Positions 1-11,743 of a DNA stretch of 64,000 nucleotides are shown in pieces. Both the position numbers and the translations under genes were made by a program. A model generated the notes under the pieces. That model did not search any database, was not told the DNA's origin, and saw only the letters and a program-made list of their open reading frames with translations. The DNA comes from Escherichia coli. Its GTDB lineage: Bacteria; Pseudomonadota; Gammaproteobacteria; Enterobacterales; Enterobacteriaceae. The stretch lies in assembly GCF_036507355.1 (NCBI RefSeq), contig NZ_AP027877.1; one strand, given 5' to 3'. Numbering within the stretch: position 1 is the first letter of the stretch; every line of letters starts with the position of its first letter.

Positions 1-30
1 TTTAAATAGGATTATCGCGAGGGTTCACAC

Positions 31-1371
31 ATGTTATTTACTATCCAACTTATCATAATACTGATATGTCTGTTTTATGGTGCCAGAAAGGGTGGTATCG
101 CGCTGGGTTTATTAGGCGGTATCGGTCTGGTCATTCTGGTCTTCGTCTTCCACCTTCAGCCAGGTAAACCACCAGTTGATGTCATGCTGGTTATCATTGC
201 GGTGGTGGCGGCATCGGCGACCTTGCAAGCTTCGGGCGGTCTTGATGTCATGCTGCAAATTGCCGAGAAGCTGCTGCGCCGCAACCCGAAATATGTCTCA
301 ATTGTCGCGCCGTTTGTGACCTGTACGCTGACCATTCTTTGCGGTACGGGTCATGTGGTTTACACCATTCTGCCGATCATCTACGACGTCGCCATTAAGA
401 ACAACATCCGTCCGGAACGTCCGATGGCGGCAAGTTCTATCGGTGCACAGATGGGGATTATCGCCAGTCCGGTGTCGGTTGCGGTCGTGTCTCTGGTTGC
501 AATGCTGGGTAATGTCACCTTTGATGGTCGCCATCTTGAGTTCCTCGACCTGCTGGCAATCACCATTCCATCGACGTTAATCGGTATCCTGGCGATCGGT
601 ATCTTCAGCTGGTTCCGCGGTAAAGATCTGGATAAAGACGAAGAGTTCCAGAAATTCATCTCCGTACCGGAAAACCGTGAGTATGTTTACGGTGATACCG
701 CGACGCTGCTCGATAAAAAACTGCCGAAAAGCAACTGGCTGGCAATGTGGATTTTCCTCGGGGCAATCGCTGTAGTCGCCCTTCTTGGTGCTGATTCGGA
801 CCTGCGTCCATCCTTCGGCGGCAAACCGCTGTCGATGGTACTGGTTATTCAGATGTTTATGCTGCTGACCGGGGCGCTGATTATTATCCTGACCAAAACC
901 AATCCCGCGTCTATCTCAAAAAACGAAGTCTTCCGTTCCGGTATGATCGCCATCGTGGCGGTGTACGGTATCGCATGGATGGCAGAAACCATGTTCGGTG
1001 CGCATATGTCTGAAATTCAGGGCGTACTGGGTGAAATGGTGAAAGAGTATCCGTGGGCCTATGCCATTGTTCTGCTGCTGGTTTCCAAGTTTGTAAACTC
1101 TCAGGCTGCGGCGCTGGCGGCGATTGTTCCGGTCGCGCTGGCGATCGGCGTTGATCCGGCATACATCGTGGCTTCAGCACCGGCTTGCTACGGTTATTAC
1201 ATCCTGCCGACTTATCCGAGCGATCTGGCAGCGATTCAGTTTGACCGTTCCGGCACCACCCACATCGGTCGCTTCGTCATCAACCACAGCTTTATTCTGC
1301 CGGGGTTGATTGGTGTGAGCGTATCGTGCGTCTTCGGCTGGATCTTCGCCGCGATGTACGGGTTCTTATAA
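31..1371 (+). CDS. dcuB: Anaerobic C4-dicarboxylate antiporter DcuB
   Basis: 446-aa ORF; translated sequence ([22 protein letters not shown]...) recognised as DcuB; immediately upstream of fumB as in E. coli. Confidence 0.95.
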
Positions 1372-1448
1372 ATGCACTTTGCGTGCCGCCCGTAACTACG
1401 CGGCACGCCATTTTCGAATAACAAATACAGAGTTACAGGCTGGAAGCT

Positions 1449-3095
1449 ATGTCAAACAAACCCTTTATCTACCAGGCACCTTTCCCGATGGGGAAAGACA
1501 ATACCGAATACTATCTACTCACTTCCGATTACGTTAGCGTTGCCGACTTCGACGGCGAAACCATCCTGAAAGTGGAACCAGAAGCCCTGACCCTGCTGGC
1601 GCAGCAAGCCTTTCACGACGCTTCTTTTATGCTCCGTCCGGCACACCAGAAACAGGTTGCGGCTATTCTTCACGATCCAGAAGCCAGCGAAAACGACAAG
1701 TACGTGGCGCTGCAATTCTTAAGAAACTCCGAAATCGCCGCCAAAGGCGTGCTGCCGACCTGCCAGGATACCGGCACCGCGATCATCGTCGGTAAAAAAG
1801 GCCAGCGCGTGTGGACCGGTGGCGGTGATGAAGAAGCGCTGTCGAAAGGCGTCTATAACACCTATATCGAGGATAACCTGCGCTACTCGCAAAACGCGGC
1901 GCTGGACATGTACAAAGAGGTCAACACCGGCACTAACCTGCCTGCACAAATCGACCTGTACGCGGTAGATGGCGATGAGTACAAATTCCTTTGCGTTGCG
2001 AAAGGCGGCGGCTCTGCCAACAAAACCTATCTCTACCAGGAAACCAAAGCCCTGCTGACTCCCGGCAAACTGAAAAACTTCCTCGTCGAGAAAATGCGTA
2101 CCCTCGGTACTGCAGCCTGCCCGCCGTACCATATCGCGTTTGTGATTGGCGGTACGTCTGCGGAAACCAACCTGAAAACCGTTAAGTTAGCAAGCGCTCA
2201 CTATTACGATGAACTGCCGACGGAAGGGAACGAACATGGTCAGGCGTTCCGCGATGTCCAGCTGGAACAGGAACTGCTGGAAGAGGCCCAGAAACTCGGT
2301 CTTGGCGCGCAGTTTGGCGGTAAATACTTCGCGCACGACATTCGCGTTATCCGTCTGCCACGTCACGGCGCATCCTGCCCGGTAGGCATGGGCGTCTCCT
2401 GCTCCGCTGACCGTAACATTAAAGCGAAAATCAACCGCGAAGGTATCTGGATCGAAAAACTGGAACACAATCCAGGCCAGTACATTCCACAAGAACTGCG
2501 CCAGGCCGGTGAAGGCGAAGCGGTGAAGGTCGACCTTAACCGCCCGATGAAAGAGATCCTCGCCCAGCTTTCGCAATATCCGGTTTCCACTCGTTTGTCG
2601 CTCACCGGCACCATTATTGTGGGTCGAGATATTGCACACGCCAAGCTGAAAGAGCTGATTGACGCCGGTAAAGAACTTCCGCAGTACATCAAAGATCACC
2701 CGATCTACTACGCGGGTCCGGCGAAAACGCCTGCCGGTTATCCATCAGGTTCACTTGGCCCAACCACCGCAGGTCGTATGGACTCCTATGTGGATCTGCT
2801 GCAATCCCACGGCGGCAGCATGATCATGCTAGCGAAAGGTAACCGCAGTCAGCAGGTTACCGACGCGTGTCATAAACACGGCGGCTTCTACCTCGGTAGT
2901 ATCGGCGGTCCGGCGGCGGTACTGGCGCAGCAGAGCATCAAGCATCTGGAATGCGTCGCTTATCCGGAGCTGGGTATGGAAGCTATCTGGAAAATCGAAG
3001 TAGAAGATTTCCCGGCGTTTATCCTGGTCGATGACAAAGGTAACGACTTCTTCCAGCAAATCGTCAACAAACAGTGCGCGAACTGCACTAAGTAA
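1449..3095 (+). CDS. fumB: Class I fumarate hydratase (fumarase B), Fe-S dependent
   Basis: 548-aa ORF; recognised FumB sequence; dcuB-fumB synteny. Confidence 0.95.
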   Translation: MSNKPFIYQAPFPMGKDNTEYYLLTSDYVSVADFDGETILKVEPEALTLLAQQAFHDASFMLRPAHQKQVAAILHDPEASENDKYVALQFLRNSEIAAKGVLPTCQDTGTAIIVGKKGQRVWTGGGDEEALSKGVYNTYIEDNLRYSQNAALDMYKEVNTGTNLPAQIDLYAVDGDEYKFLCVAKGGGSANKTYLYQETKALLTPGKLKNFLVEKMRTLGTAACPPYHIAFVIGGTSAETNLKTVKLASAHYYDELPTEGNEHGQAFRDVQLEQELLEEAQKLGLGAQFGGKYFAHDIRVIRLPRHGASCPVGMGVSCSADRNIKAKINREGIWIEKLEHNPGQYIPQELRQAGEGEAVKVDLNRPMKEILAQLSQYPVSTRLSLTGTIIVGRDIAHAKLKELIDAGKELPQYIKDHPIYYAGPAKTPAGYPSGSLGPTTAGRMDSYVDLLQSHGGSMIMLAKGNRSQQVTDACHKHGGFYLGSIGGPAAVLAQQSIKHLECVAYPELGMEAIWKIEVEDFPAFILVDDKGNDFFQQIVNKQCANCTK

Positions 3096-3107
3096 CCTCT
3101 TCGGCCC

Positions 3108-3127
3108 AGCGCCTGGCAGCATGCTGC
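3108..3127 (+). terminator. Possible hairpin downstream of fumB (cctggcagcatgctgccagg)
   Basis: Perfect inverted repeat seen in sequence; no clear T-run, so weak. Confidence 0.3.
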
Positions 3128-3217
3128 CAGGTGATCCCCCTGGGCCACCTCTTTTGCGATTGTAATTTCACGCTTGCTGGTGAATAGTCAGTATTTTCCC
3201 TGACTTGCGAACTCACC

Positions 3218-3847
3218 ATGACCCGCACACTCAAGCCGTTAATTCTTAACACTGGCGCACTGGCGCTAACGTTAATCCTCATTTATACCGGCATTTCGGC
3301 CCATGACAAACTCACCTGGCTGATGGAAGTGACACCGGTGATTATTGTCATGCCGCTACTCCTTGCCACCGCGAAACGTTATCCGTTAACGCCGCTGCTC
3401 TATACGCTCATTTTCTTTCACGCCATCATCCTGATGGTCGGCGGGCAATACACCTACGCGAAAGTCCCCGTTGGTTTTGAGGTGCAGGAATGGCTGGGGT
3501 TGAGCCGTAATCCGTATGACAAGCTGGGGCATTTTTTCCAGGGGCTGGTGCCTGCACTGGTGGCACGTGAGATCCTTGTGCGCGGGATGTACGTTCGCGG
3601 ACGTAAAATGGTGGCGTTTCTGGTCTGTTGCGTGGCGCTGGCGATAAGCGCGATGTATGAATTAATCGTGTGGTGGGCGGCGCTGGCAATGGGCCAGGGA
3701 GCGGATGATTTTCTCGGCACCCAGGGCGACCAGTGGGACACGCAATCCGATATGTTCTGCGCGCTGCTTGGCGCATTAACGACGGTGATATTCCTCGCTC
3801 GCTTTCATTGCCGCCAGCTACGGCGCTTTGGCTTGATAACCGGATAA
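3218..3847 (+). CDS. yjdF: Inner-membrane protein YjdF
   Basis: 209-aa hydrophobic ORF; position between fumB and melB. Confidence 0.85.
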   Translation: MTRTLKPLILNTGALALTLILIYTGISAHDKLTWLMEVTPVIIVMPLLLATAKRYPLTPLLYTLIFFHAIILMVGGQYTYAKVPVGFEVQEWLGLSRNPYDKLGHFFQGLVPALVAREILVRGMYVRGRKMVAFLVCCVALAISAMYELIVWWAALAMGQGADDFLGTQGDQWDTQSDMFCALLGALTTVIFLARFHCRQLRRFGLITG

Positions 3848-3861
3848 CAACGTGCACTTTG

Positions 3862-3900
3862 TTGATGCCGGATGCGGCGTGAATTCCTTATCCGGTCTAC
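3862..3900. repeat. REP (repetitive extragenic palindrome) element
   Basis: gatgccggatgcggcgtgaattccttatccggtctac, typical REP consensus. Confidence 0.8.
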
Positions 3901-3985
3901 AAAATTTGCAAATCCAAAGCATTACATTAAGACGTGGCCTGATAAACATATCGCATCAGGCCATTTTCGTTAGCTATTGTCCACG

Positions 3986-5407
3986 TCAGGCTTTCACATC
4001 ACTCACTGCACCGACCGGAATATCAGCATGAACAGGCTCGGGCGGTACTTTGCGATATTTATCCAGCAGATGAATCTGAATCCTGCGCAGCGTGTCGCCA
4101 TTGAGGCGATAGAAACGGAAGTAGAGAATCAGCGTTACCATGAAAAACAGAGTCGGTAGAGCAATCATAATAAACTGCATACCTAATAGGGCTTGCGTAG
4201 ACTGTTCAACATTCGGTACATAGCCAATCATCCCTAAAACAACCGCAATGAAAAAAGCCGCAAAGGCTGAACCGCCCTTCACCACCATAGTCTGCACGGA
4301 GTAAGCGATGCTTTCACAGCGTACGTGCAGTTTATATTCACCGTAATCAACGGTATCTGCCACCATGATGACCTGTAATACCCAGAAAAGCGCCGTTCCC
4401 ACATTCAGCAAAATACCCGCAATCACAATGAGGACGACGTTGTGATAGCTCATTAATGCCATTAACAGGAGAACACCACAGCTTAACACCGGAAGAATAG
4501 ATGCTCCGGCCCATAAAATGCGTCGGGATAATGATTTAACTAAGCGTGGGAAGAATACTAACGTCACCAGGTTAGCAGCTCCCGCATACGACAGATAATA
4601 GGGGAACAAATCCGCATCACCGATAACATATGAGAAATAATAGATAGCAAAGCCGGTAATAATATTGCTGGCTACATTATAAGCAAGAGCCATACCCAAG
4701 AGGCATGAAAGCTGATCGTTTTTATAAATAAGCGCAACGATGGCTTTAAGTGTCAGATGGCTTCCTTCAGCAGACGGTTGATTGTCTGACGAAAAGACTT
4801 CATGCACATTGCGCAGAGTGATGATGGTTGAAACAATAAAAAAGGCGATCAGTACCAGTGTGAACATCTGAAAGCCAAATCCCCGATCGCCACCGCCGAC
4901 ATAATTAACAAATGGTAGCGTCACACCTGCCGTAACAAAGCCCGCCAGACTGGCAAAAAAACGCGGATAAGGAACCAGTTGTTCACGCTCACGTTTATCG
5001 AGCGTGATGGTTGGAACCAGCGACCAGAAGGGAATATCCATAATGGTGTAAGTCATGCCCCAGAGGATGTAGGTCACGCAAACAAAGACAATCTGAGTAG
5101 TACCTTCAAACAGATGCGCACTAAAGAGGAGAAATAAGATTACAGAGTTTGCCAACGTACCGATCAGGATCCAGGGTTTGAACTTACCCCATCGCGATCG
5201 CGTAGCATTTACAATCCATCCCATAATCGGATCGTTAATAGCATCCCAGATCCTCGCCACCAGAAACAAAGTACCGACCAAACCCACAGACAGCCCGACG
5301 ACATCGGTGTAGTAATACATGAGGTACATATACACAATGCCGATCGCAAAATCCTTCCCGAACGCTCCAAATCCATAACTGAGTTTTGTAGTCATTGAAA
5401 TGCTCAT
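3986..5407 (-). CDS. melB: Melibiose:cation symporter MelB
   Basis: ORF 3986..5431; start placed at [20 protein letters not shown], giving 473 aa. Confidence 0.93.
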   Translation of the reverse strand: MSISMTTKLSYGFGAFGKDFAIGIVYMYLMYYYTDVVGLSVGLVGTLFLVARIWDAINDPIMGWIVNATRSRWGKFKPWILIGTLANSVILFLLFSAHLFEGTTQIVFVCVTYILWGMTYTIMDIPFWSLVPTITLDKREREQLVPYPRFFASLAGFVTAGVTLPFVNYVGGGDRGFGFQMFTLVLIAFFIVSTIITLRNVHEVFSSDNQPSAEGSHLTLKAIVALIYKNDQLSCLLGMALAYNVASNIITGFAIYYFSYVIGDADLFPYYLSYAGAANLVTLVFFPRLVKSLSRRILWAGASILPVLSCGVLLLMALMSYHNVVLIVIAGILLNVGTALFWVLQVIMVADTVDYGEYKLHVRCESIAYSVQTMVVKGGSAFAAFFIAVVLGMIGYVPNVEQSTQALLGMQFIMIALPTLFFMVTLILYFRFYRLNGDTLRRIQIHLLDKYRKVPPEPVHADIPVGAVSDVKA

Positions 5408-5509
5408 AGGGTATCGGGTCGCTGTTACCAACGCCCGCCTTCTGTTATTGGTATCGTCAGAGGTGTGCGCCGGAATAAATCCCCCGGCGCAGTAGCGTTT
5501 AGTCGCGTT

Positions 5510-6865
5510 TTAACGGTGCAACCAGCCTGGCAGCCAGTCGCCGTGGGCGGAAATCAAGTCGTCAACAAGAGCATATATTTCGTCAATACCCAGCACGGCG
5601 GCAGTATGCGGGTCCATCATCGCGGCGTGGTAAACACGGTCGCGATTTTCCGTAAGAATAGCTTCGGTCAGCAGCGTCTGTACGTTGATGTTGGTTTGCA
5701 TCAGGGCGGCCAGATGCGAAGGTAGCGTACCGACTTTGGTCGGCTGAATGCCATTAGCATCAACCAGACAGGCCACTTCCACGCAACATCCTTGTGGCAG
5801 GTTATCAATCAAACCATCGTTACGGACGTTGCCGTAAATCACACTCGGCTCGCCAGTCCAGATAGCGTTCATGATTGTGCTGGCATATTCCCGTGACGGT
5901 TTAATATCAATCCGGGAGGCGTTCTTATACTCCTCCAGCTCTTTATGCCAGTTCGCCAGCTGCTCGACGCAGCGTTTCGGGTACTCATCCAGCGGTACTT
6001 TATAACGCTCAATCAAATCATCACGACCTGGCTTAATAAACCACGGTGTGTACTCAGCAAAATGTTCTGACGATTCCGTGACGAAATAGCCCAGCTTTTT
6101 GAACATTTCATAGCGCACAATATTCTGGCAGCGAGTATTGCCGTGAATATTCGGCTTCGGTGCCTGCCCTGCGTCATAAGCCGTCAGCAGTTCCGGGTAG
6201 AGATTCACGTAACTGCCGTCGGCGGTTTTGCGCTCCAGCTCCAGGTAAAACGCCATATGGTTGATACCTGCGCAACGGTAACGCAGCGTAGCCGGGTCGA
6301 TATTGAGGTCACGCGCCAGCTCTTCCGCCGTTCCCTGCACCGAATGGCACAGCCCGACCTGTTTGATATGCGGATAGCGGGCATACATCGCCCAGGTATT
6401 CATCGCCATTGGGTTAACATAGTTGAGCATGGTGGCATCGGGGCAGACTTCCGTCATGTCCTCGCAAATTTGCCACAGATGCGGAATGGTACGTAGCGCG
6501 CGCATAATACCGCCCGGCCCCAACGTATCGGCAATGGTTTGTTCCAGACCATGCCGCTTACAGACCTCGAAATCAGTCACCGTGCAAGGTTCATAACCGC
6601 CAATCTGAAATGCCACCACGACAAAATCGGCATCCTCTAAGGCTTCTTTCTGTTGGGTGTGGCAGGTGATTTTGCCGCTGGCCCCTGCTGAATCCATCAG
6701 CTTACGCACCACAATATGCGACTCTTCCAGGCGGGTGGGATCAATGTCCATCAGGGCAATATGCGCCGTTTTCAGCGCCTCGCGATGGAACACATCACCA
6801 AGAATATTTTTAACGAAAATCGTCGAACCAGCGCCGATAAATGTAATTTTAGGTGCAGACATCAT
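5510..6865 (-). CDS. melA: Alpha-galactosidase MelA (GH4, NAD/Mn-dependent)
   Basis: 451-aa ORF; N-terminal MMSAPKITFIGAGSTIF Rossmann motif; melAB synteny. Confidence 0.95.
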   Translation of the reverse strand: MMSAPKITFIGAGSTIFVKNILGDVFHREALKTAHIALMDIDPTRLEESHIVVRKLMDSAGASGKITCHTQQKEALEDADFVVVAFQIGGYEPCTVTDFEVCKRHGLEQTIADTLGPGGIMRALRTIPHLWQICEDMTEVCPDATMLNYVNPMAMNTWAMYARYPHIKQVGLCHSVQGTAEELARDLNIDPATLRYRCAGINHMAFYLELERKTADGSYVNLYPELLTAYDAGQAPKPNIHGNTRCQNIVRYEMFKKLGYFVTESSEHFAEYTPWFIKPGRDDLIERYKVPLDEYPKRCVEQLANWHKELEEYKNASRIDIKPSREYASTIMNAIWTGEPSVIYGNVRNDGLIDNLPQGCCVEVACLVDANGIQPTKVGTLPSHLAALMQTNINVQTLLTEAILTENRDRVYHAAMMDPHTAAVLGIDEIYALVDDLISAHGDWLPGWLHR

Positions 6866-7147
6866 GCAGATCTCCTGGCTTGCTTGAATAACTTCATCAT
6901 GGCAGGCGAATCTGCAGAAAACCTCCGGCTTCCAGGTTGAGCATTCCCATAAACTCAGATCCTGCGTGAAGCAGCAGTAAATCTGAGTTTATGGGAATAA
7001 ATTACCTGAAAAGCAGAGTTTTCGGCCTCATGATGCTCGGACAGTCCCCTCGCCTCTCTGGGAAGAGGGTGAAAACCGTGCTCCCACTCGCAGTCATCCT
7101 CCCTCACTCCTGCCATAATTCTGATATTCCAGGAAAGAGAGCCATCC
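6866..7147. promoter_or_regulatory. Divergent melAB / melR promoter region
   Basis: Intergenic region between divergently oriented melA and melR; MelR and CRP sites are expected here from established knowledge but were not mapped base by base. Confidence 0.5.
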
Positions 7148-8056
7148 ATGAATACAGATACGTTTATGTGCAGCAGCGACGAAAAACAGACCCGCAGCCC
7201 GCTGTCGCTGTATTCGGAATACCAGCGGATGGAAATTGAGTTTCGCGCACCGCATATCATGCCCACCAGCCACTGGCATGGTCAGGTCGAAGTGAATGTG
7301 CCTTTCGATGGCGATGTGGAATACCTGATCAATAATGAAAAAGTGAATATCAATCAGGGTCATATCACGCTGTTCTGGGCCTGTACACCGCACCAACTAA
7401 CAGATACCGGAACCTGTCAGAGCATGGCGATTTTTAATCTGCCGATGCATCTGTTTCTCTCCTGGCCGCTGGATAAAGACCTGATTAACCACGTCACTCA
7501 CGGCATGGTGATCAAATCACTGGCTACACAGCAACTTAGCCCGTTTGAAGTGCGCCGCTGGCAGCAGGAATTGAACAGTCCGAATGAGCAAATTCGCCAG
7601 CTCGCCATTGATGAAATTGGCCTGATGCTCAAGCGATTTAGCCTCTCTGGCTGGGAACCGATTCTGGTCAATAAAACCTCGCGCACACACAAAAACAGCG
7701 TCTCGCGCCATGCGCAATTTTATGTTAGCCAGATGCTGGGCTTTATTGCCGAAAACTATGACCAGGCGCTGACCATCAACGATGTGGCTGAGCACGTCAA
7801 ACTTAACGCCAACTATGCAATGGGGATATTCCAACGGGTCATGCAATTGACGATGAAACAGTACATTACCGCGATGCGCATCAACCACGTTCGCGCGTTA
7901 CTGAGCGATACCGATAAAAGTATTCTCGATATTGCCCTGACGGCAGGCTTTCGTTCAAGTAGTCGTTTTTACAGCACGTTCGGCAAATATGTCGGCATGT
8001 CGCCGCAACAATACCGCAAACTTAGCCAACAGCGCCGCCAGACGTTTCCCGGCTAA
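7148..8056 (+). CDS. melR: AraC-family melibiose operon activator MelR
   Basis: 302-aa ORF; C-terminal AraC-type HTH; divergent from melAB. Confidence 0.93.
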   Translation: MNTDTFMCSSDEKQTRSPLSLYSEYQRMEIEFRAPHIMPTSHWHGQVEVNVPFDGDVEYLINNEKVNINQGHITLFWACTPHQLTDTGTCQSMAIFNLPMHLFLSWPLDKDLINHVTHGMVIKSLATQQLSPFEVRRWQQELNSPNEQIRQLAIDEIGLMLKRFSLSGWEPILVNKTSRTHKNSVSRHAQFYVSQMLGFIAENYDQALTINDVAEHVKLNANYAMGIFQRVMQLTMKQYITAMRINHVRALLSDTDKSILDIALTAGFRSSSRFYSTFGKYVGMSPQQYRKLSQQRRQTFPG

Positions 8057-8254
8057 AGACGATATCAGTATCAGCCAAAAAAATAGTTTAGCCGTCGATA
8101 ATAAGCAGTGAAAATAATTTAAAATAATCACATAACATATTGTTTATAAAAACAAATATTTCAAAAATGTTTGTTTTTCACGCGCTTTACAGCCCGAAAA
8201 GGCCGGAAGATACTTGCCCGCAACGAAGATTCCTTCATAACCGGGTAAGCAATG

Positions 8255-10522
8255 ATGAAAGTATTAATTGTTGAAAGCGAGTTTCTCCATCAAGACACCT
8301 GGGTCGGTAACGCCGTTGAGCGTCTGGCAGATGCTTTAAGCCAGCAAAATGTTACCGTGATTAAATCCACCTCCTTTGATGATGGTTTTGCCATTCTCTC
8401 TTCAAACGAAGCCATTGACTGCCTGATGTTCAGCTATCAAATGGAACATCCGGACGAACATCAAAACGTCAGACAATTGATCGGTAAGCTTCATGAGCGC
8501 CAACAAAACGTGCCGGTCTTCCTGTTGGGCGATCGGGAAAAAGCCCTCGCCGCAATGGATCGCGACCTGCTGGAGCTTGTCGATGAATTCGCCTGGATTC
8601 TGGAAGATACCGCCGACTTTATCGCCGGACGCGCCGTTGCCGCGATGACCCGCTACCGCCAGCAGCTGTTGCCGCCACTGTTCAGCGCGCTGATGAAATA
8701 TAGCGACATCCATGAATATTCCTGGGCAGCGCCAGGCCACCAGGGCGGCGTTGGTTTTACCAAAACACCCGCCGGACGTTTCTACCATGACTACTATGGT
8801 GAAAATCTGTTCCGCACCGATATGGGCATCGAACGAACTTCCCTCGGTTCTTTGCTTGACCATACTGGCGCATTTGGCGAAAGCGAAAAATATGCCGCAC
8901 GCGTATTTGGTGCCGATCGCTCCTGGTCGGTAGTCGTCGGTACTTCCGGCTCTAACCGCACCATCATGCAGGCTTGCATGACCGATAACGATGTCGTGGT
9001 CGTTGACCGTAACTGCCATAAATCCATCGAACAAGGCTTGATGCTGACAGGCGCGAAACCAGTCTACATGGTGCCAAGCCGCAACCGCTACGGCATTATC
9101 GGGCCAATCTATCCGCAGGAAATGCAACCTGAAACCTTGCAGAAGAAAATCAGTGAAAGCCCGCTGACTAAAGACAAAGCCGGGCAAAAACCGTCTTACT
9201 GCGTGGTGACCAACTGCACCTATGACGGCGTGTGTTATAACGCTAAAGAAGCGCAGGATCTGCTGGAAAAAACCTCCGATCGTCTGCACTTTGACGAAGC
9301 CTGGTACGGCTATGCACGTTTCAACCCGATCTATGCCGATCACTATGCCATGCGCGGCGAACCTGGCGATCACAACGGTCCTACCGTTTTCGCCACCCAC
9401 TCCACCCACAAACTACTGAATGCGCTGTCACAGGCCTCTTATATTCATGTACGTGAAGGTCGTGGGGCGATTAACTTCTCCCGCTTCAACCAGGCCTACA
9501 TGATGCATGCCACCACCTCCCCGCTGTATGCCATCTGCGCATCCAACGACGTGGCGGTGTCGATGATGGACGGCAACAGTGGCCTGTCACTGACGCAGGA
9601 AGTGATCGACGAAGCGGTTGATTTCCGTCAGGCGATGGCGCGGCTGTATAAAGAGTTCACCGCTGACGGTAGCTGGTTCTTCAAACCGTGGAACAAAGAA
9701 GTCGTCACCGACCCACAAACCGGCAAAACCTATGACTTTGCTGACGCGCCAACCAAACTGTTGACCACCGTTCAGGACTGCTGGGTAATGCATCCGGGCG
9801 AAAGCTGGCACGGCTTCAAAGATATTCCGGATAACTGGAGTATGCACGACCCGATTAAAGTCAGCATCCTTGCTCCGGGAATGGGTGAAGATGGTGAACT
9901 GGAAGAAACCGGTGTTCCGGCGGCGCTGGTCACTGCCTGGCTTGGTCGCCACGGCATTGTGCCTACCCGCACCACTGACTTCCAAATTATGTTCCTGTTC
10001 TCTATGGGCGTAACCCGTGGGAAATGGGGGACTCTGGTTAACACCCTTTGCTCCTTCAAACGCCACTATGACGCCAACACACCGCTGGCGCAGGTGATGC
10101 CGGAACTTGTTGAACAATATCCTGACACTTATGCGAACATGGGGATTCACGATCTGGGTGACACCATGTTTGCCTGGCTGAAAGAAAACAACCCTGGCGC
10201 ACGGTTGAACGAAGCCTATTCCGGCCTGCCGGTGGCGGAAATCACCCCGCGTGAAGCGTACAACGCGATTGTCGACAACAATGTCGAACTGGTATCCATT
10301 GAAAATCTGCCAGGACGTATCGCGGCAAACTCAGTTATCCCGTATCCGCCAGGAATCCCGATGCTGCTGTCTGGTGAAAACTTCGGCGATAAAAACAGTC
10401 CGCAAGTAAGTTATTTACGCTCGCTGCAATCCTGGGACCATCATTTCCCTGGATTTGAACACGAAACTGAAGGGACTGAAATTATTGACGGTATTTACCA
10501 CGTTATGTGTGTGAAAGCGTAA
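8255..10522 (+). CDS. adiA: Biodegradative (acid-inducible) arginine decarboxylase AdiA
   Basis: 755/756-aa ORF beginning MKVLIVESEF; PLP-dependent Orn/Lys/Arg decarboxylase family; followed by adiY and adiC. Confidence 0.95.
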   Translation: MKVLIVESEFLHQDTWVGNAVERLADALSQQNVTVIKSTSFDDGFAILSSNEAIDCLMFSYQMEHPDEHQNVRQLIGKLHERQQNVPVFLLGDREKALAAMDRDLLELVDEFAWILEDTADFIAGRAVAAMTRYRQQLLPPLFSALMKYSDIHEYSWAAPGHQGGVGFTKTPAGRFYHDYYGENLFRTDMGIERTSLGSLLDHTGAFGESEKYAARVFGADRSWSVVVGTSGSNRTIMQACMTDNDVVVVDRNCHKSIEQGLMLTGAKPVYMVPSRNRYGIIGPIYPQEMQPETLQKKISESPLTKDKAGQKPSYCVVTNCTYDGVCYNAKEAQDLLEKTSDRLHFDEAWYGYARFNPIYADHYAMRGEPGDHNGPTVFATHSTHKLLNALSQASYIHVREGRGAINFSRFNQAYMMHATTSPLYAICASNDVAVSMMDGNSGLSLTQEVIDEAVDFRQAMARLYKEFTADGSWFFKPWNKEVVTDPQTGKTYDFADAPTKLLTTVQDCWVMHPGESWHGFKDIPDNWSMHDPIKVSILAPGMGEDGELEETGVPAALVTAWLGRHGIVPTRTTDFQIMFLFSMGVTRGKWGTLVNTLCSFKRHYDANTPLAQVMPELVEQYPDTYANMGIHDLGDTMFAWLKENNPGARLNEAYSGLPVAEITPREAYNAIVDNNVELVSIENLPGRIAANSVIPYPPGIPMLLSGENFGDKNSPQVSYLRSLQSWDHHFPGFEHETEGTEIIDGIYHVMCVKA

Positions 10523-10639
10523 CCACTATTCCGCTGAAGGCGTAATTGTTTAAATAACATTACGCCGCCTGGCCTTAGGCCTTTTGAGTATGGCAACGTT
10601 TTCATAAAAATTGCTGCAAACAAAAATGTCATACTTTTT

Positions 10640-10665
10640 GCGCGGCCCCACCCCGCGCTTTTTTT
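10640..10665 (+). terminator. Rho-independent terminator after adiA
   Basis: GC-rich hairpin gcgcgg-cccacc-ccgcgc followed by T7. Confidence 0.7.
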
Positions 10666-10845
10666 GCCTGTTATTTATCCTGTAAAAAAATATGTACACG
10701 AGAAATTACTATAAAAATTTGTAATATTAGTAAAACTCGTTATTTTTATGCATGTTTATATTCATCATACAATTATATAACCATTTCCCGGTATCGCTTT
10801 GCTTTAGCGAGAACTGGTCTTTTATTCGCACTCAGGAGTACATGT

Positions 10846-11607
10846 ATGAGGATTTGCAGCGACCAACCTTGTATTGTTTTATTGACTGAAAAAGATGTCT
10901 GGATAAGGGTGAATGGGAAAGAACCTATTAGCCTTAAAGCTAACCATATGGCGTTATTAAATTGTGAAAATAATATTATCGACGTCTCCTCTCTTAACAA
11001 CACTTTGGTTGCTCATATTAGTCACGACATCATCAAAGATTACCTCCGGTTTCTGAATAAAGATCTCTCGCAAATACCAGTATGGCAACGTAGCGCTACG
11101 CCCATCCTCACCCTGCCATGCCTGACGCCAGACGTCTTTCGCGTTGCCGCGCAACACAGCATGATGCCCGCAGAAACTGAGTCAGAAAAGGAGCGAACAC
11201 GCGCATTATTATTCACGGTGCTATCCCGTTTTCTCGACAGTAAAAAATTCCTTTCATTAATGATGTATATGTTACGTAATTGTGTAAGTGACAGCGTTTA
11301 TCAAATTATTGAAAGCGATATTCACAAAGACTGGAATCTTAGTATGGTAGCCAGTTGTTTATGTCTTAGCCCAAGTCTGTTAAAGAAAAAGCTGAAAAGC
11401 GAAAACACCAGTTATAGCCAAATAATCACCACCTGCCGCATGCGTTATGCCGTAAATGAATTAATGATGGACGGTAAAAATATCTCCCAGGTATCACAGT
11501 CCTGCGGCTACAACAGTACGTCGTACTTTATTTCTGTCTTTAAAGACTTCTACGGTATGACGCCGCTGCATTATGTTAGTCAGCACAGAGAACGCACTGT
11601 CGCCTGA
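10846..11607 (+). CDS. adiY: AraC-family regulator AdiY
   Basis: 253-aa ORF in AT-rich DNA; C-terminal AraC HTH; between adiA and adiC. Confidence 0.9.
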   Translation: MRICSDQPCIVLLTEKDVWIRVNGKEPISLKANHMALLNCENNIIDVSSLNNTLVAHISHDIIKDYLRFLNKDLSQIPVWQRSATPILTLPCLTPDVFRVAAQHSMMPAETESEKERTRALLFTVLSRFLDSKKFLSLMMYMLRNCVSDSVYQIIESDIHKDWNLSMVASCLCLSPSLLKKKLKSENTSYSQIITTCRMRYAVNELMMDGKNISQVSQSCGYNSTSYFISVFKDFYGMTPLHYVSQHRERTVA

Positions 11608-11743
11608 TTTTTAACCTTAACGAAGAGCTATATTAATAACGGCATCAGCGATAACCCGGTCGATAATAATTCAACTATCGAATGCAGGCGTATGATATGA
11701 CGTAATTTATTGTCACGAAGCTCGCCTTCGCAGGAGTTTAATT